This document shows positions 62,183-64,000 of a stretch of DNA of 64,000 nucleotides, in pieces (position 1 is the stretch's first letter; the number at the start of each line of letters is the position of its first letter). Source of the stretch: Acidobacteriota bacterium (GTDB lineage Bacteria > Acidobacteriota > UBA890 > WLXD01); assembly GCA_029263295.1 (NCBI GenBank), contig JAJCXT010000032.1, forward strand, positions 9,211 to 73,210, written 5' to 3'. The translations under genes were made by a program, and so were the position numbers. The notes under the pieces were generated by a model. It worked only from the letters and a program-made list of their open reading frames with translations, had not been told where the DNA came from and ran no database searches.

Positions 62183-62833
62183 CTAGCTCTCGCTAGCGCT
62201 CAGTTCCTCAGCCTTCTTGCGGAGCGCCTCCAACTGCGCCTCCAGCTTGGGCATCATCTGCTTCATCATCTCGAGGTGCTCGGCGACCCTGTCGGCCTCG
62301 GCGGTCGCCGTCGCCGCATCCTCGATGCCGGCGGGGTCAACCATCTTCATCATGCGCTCGCCGTCCCGAGCCTGACCATGCTGACCCTGCATCGCCTGGC
62401 GTCGCTCTCCGGCCTGGCCCTGCATGCCCTGGTGCCCCTGACCTCCACCCTGGCCCATGCCCTGGTGGCCCTGGCCTTGACCCATGCCCTGATGACCTGC
62501 ACCCATGCCTTCATGACCCTGGCTCTGACCGTCGTGGCCCTGCATCTTGTGCATGCTCTCGCCGTGCTTTCCCTGCATGCCGCCGTGCTTGCCGGCCATC
62601 GTCGTGTGCATCATGGCCATGTGCTCGTGCATGTTGGCCAGCATCTCTTTCATCATGGCCATCATCGCGCCCATGTCGTGGCTCGACTCCATCTCGTGCA
62701 TCGCACGCATGTCGTGCTCGGTCTCTTCCTGGGTCGCTTCTTCCTGATGCTCTTGCGCGGTCAGCACCGTTCCGGCGGTTGCCACTGACAGCATCAGGGC
62801 CGCGATTGCGAGCGTCTTCCAGATCTTGCTCAT
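62183..62833 (-). CDS. Secreted Met/His/Gly/Gln-rich protein (putative soft-metal-binding) with C-terminal coiled coil
   Basis: GGAGGA 8 nt upstream of the ATG. Signal peptide MSKIWKTLAIAALMLSVATAGTVLTAQ. Then HDMRAMHEMESSHDMGAMMAMMKEMLANMHEHMAMMHTTMAGKHGGMQGKHGESMHKMQGHDGQSQGHEGMGAGHQGMGQGQGHQGMGQGGGQGHQGMQGQ. Tail LEMMKQMMPKLEAQLEALRKKAEEL. Confidence 0.7.
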   Translation of the reverse strand: MSKIWKTLAIAALMLSVATAGTVLTAQEHQEEATQEETEHDMRAMHEMESSHDMGAMMAMMKEMLANMHEHMAMMHTTMAGKHGGMQGKHGESMHKMQGHDGQSQGHEGMGAGHQGMGQGQGHQGMGQGGGQGHQGMQGQAGERRQAMQGQHGQARDGERMMKMVDPAGIEDAATATAEADRVAEHLEMMKQMMPKLEAQLEALRKKAEELSASES

Positions 62834-62992
62834 GGGGAGCTTCCTCCTTTTGGGGGTGATTCAAAGGCCCCTGAATTATCGCACCGGTCCGACCTTCGCG
62901 ACGGTCGTTCTCTGCCAGAAGTCGCCCTGAACCGCCTGGCCGCTGAGCGATCAACCGCGCGCCTCGCAGCAGTGTGGTGACCTCGCGCGAGA

Positions 62993-64000
62993 CTAGCGAG
63001 TACCAGCCTGATATCGGGCCGCTTCACGGCGCATCATCGTGAGCACGCTGGTATCCCAGTTCTGCATCTCGGCGGTGTCGACGGCACGCGACATCGTGAT
63101 CGCCGCTCCGGCCACATCGCCGACTCCGAACTGCAGTTTGGCGACGGCCCAGTCGTAGTCGGGATCTGTCCCGGCCTTGAGGTCACTCGCGCTCAACGCA
63201 AGGCTGACGACGAGGGCGCGCTCGCGGGTGGTCACCGGACCGGCGGCCGCGACGGCCCGCGCGAGGGCCAACAGAGCGGACGGGTTCTCCTCGATCAGCT
63301 CGACGTGGGCTGCGAGGTTGTCGAAGGCCGCTTCGCGGCGGTGGGCGACCTGAAGCTGGAACAGTGCGGCCAGTTGGTGGCCAAAGAGCCCGGCGTCGAG
63401 TAGCAGCAGTTCTTCGAGAATGCCCTCGGCCGCAACCCGATCCTCGCTCTGGGATGATTCCGCCAGGGCTTCCAACAGTGGCGCGGATCGCCGTTCCGAC
63501 ATTTCGCGCTGGCTGTCGTCCGCGGTGGCGCGGGCGATGTCCCAGGTGTCATCGAGGATGGCGGCCAACGCGGGTTCGAGGCCCGCGTAGGGATCGCGTG
63601 GGTCACTTCGCCAGGCGATTCGGCCAGCGCGATCGACGATGAACAGGAATGGGAGGCTCCCCTCTTCCGAAGGACCTTGTACCTGCTTCGGAACCGAACC
63701 CCTGACCTTTTCCTGGCCGACCGCGTATTCCATCGAGGTGGGCTTCATGCTCAAGAACGCTTCCGGGGACATTCCGGAGCCCTGTTGCAGCACTGCGATG
63801 CCGAGCACCTCGAGACCCTCTGAAGCGTGCTCGCGGGCGAGGTTGCTGAGGTGGGGCATTCGCGCCACGCACGACAGGCACCACGTGGCCCAAAAGTCGA
63901 CCAGATACACACTGCCGGCCTCGTAGCTGGGCGCGGCATCGCCGCGCAGCCACTCTACATTCGTGCCCAGCTCGGGGGCCACGTCGCCGACGATGGGCCG
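62993..64000 (-). CDS. Thioredoxin-like (TlpA/ResA-type) protein with helical C-terminal domain; 5' end probably outside window
   Basis: VYLVDFWATWCLSCVARMPHL contains the WCxxC redox motif. The frame stays open from the GTG at 63982 to the window edge (...RPIVGDVAPELG), so the true start is likely beyond 64000. The C-terminal ~180 aa are helical-repeat. Confidence 0.7.
   Translation of the reverse strand, partial: RPIVGDVAPELGTNVEWLRGDAAPSYEAGSVYLVDFWATWCLSCVARMPHLSNLAREHASEGLEVLGIAVLQQGSGMSPEAFLSMKPTSMEYAVGQEKVRGSVPKQVQGPSEEGSLPFLFIVDRAGRIAWRSDPRDPYAGLEPALAAILDDTWDIARATADDSQREMSERRSAPLLEALAESSQSEDRVAAEGILEELLLLDAGLFGHQLAALFQLQVAHRREAAFDNLAAHVELIEENPSALLALARAVAAAGPVTTRERALVVSLALSASDLKAGTDPDYDWAVAKLQFGVGDVAGAAITMSRAVDTAEMQNWDTSVLTMMRREAARYQAGTR

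Noticed and set aside
62159-62788. Plus-strand 209 aa Leu/His-rich ORF opposite the Met/His-rich gene
   Set aside because: The minus-strand frame has a GGAGGA RBS and a canonical signal peptide. The plus-strand ORF is the mirror product of the repeat and lacks a start context.
1-64000. Mobile elements, prophage, integrases, tRNA/rRNA genes
   Set aside because: I saw no transposase, integrase or phage-like ORFs, and no terminal inverted repeats flanking any block. No intergenic region carries tRNA-like conserved arms. This is absence by eye only; tRNAscan/ISfinder-type scans would confirm it.

Overview
Visibly high-GC (not computed) chromosomal segment. Gene content looks like Gemmatimonadota or Acidobacteriota; this is inferred from gene families only. 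About 50 protein genes are supported. I found no rRNA, tRNA, CRISPR array, transposase or integrase. The dominant theme is seven large ATPase-less ADOP-type (duplicated FtsX/MacB-like) permease genes. Each is translationally coupled to an upstream small PadR-family regulator gene: six padR genes, with one operon carrying two tandem paralogous permeases. Most padR upstream regions carry their own distinct AT-rich or palindromic candidate operator. Between these modules lies a secreted/lipoprotein peptide-scavenging set: amidohydrolase, GGT-like lipoprotein, two DUF885 paralogues, S10 carboxypeptidase, S15 CocE/NonD hydrolase, a DUF4953-type Zn metalloprotease, a CarboxypepD_reg TonB-dependent receptor, a CBM9/DUF5916 protein and a porin. 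There are three type II toxin-antitoxin pairs (VapBC, RelBE-like, MazEF-like). There is also a ToxR/CadC-like membrane regulator with a periplasmic TolB-type beta-propeller beside a free TolB-like protein and a decayed amidohydrolase. Other content: a flotillin operon with an uncharacterised Pro/Glu-linker protein, USP, a Na/Pi-PhoU transporter and two adjacent single-domain PPK2 genes. The right end holds a thioredoxin-like gene, a secreted Met/His-rich protein gene and a small membrane-protein gene preceded by twin perfect 16-bp palindromes. The candidates I consider most worth follow-up are (1) the Met/His-rich protein, twin-palindrome and membrane-protein locus, (2) the wHTH-TM-TolB regulator with heptamer repeats, (3) the PadR-ADOP battery with paralogue-specific operators, and (4) the flotillin partner protein. 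All functional calls rest on motif recognition by eye; no database search was run.
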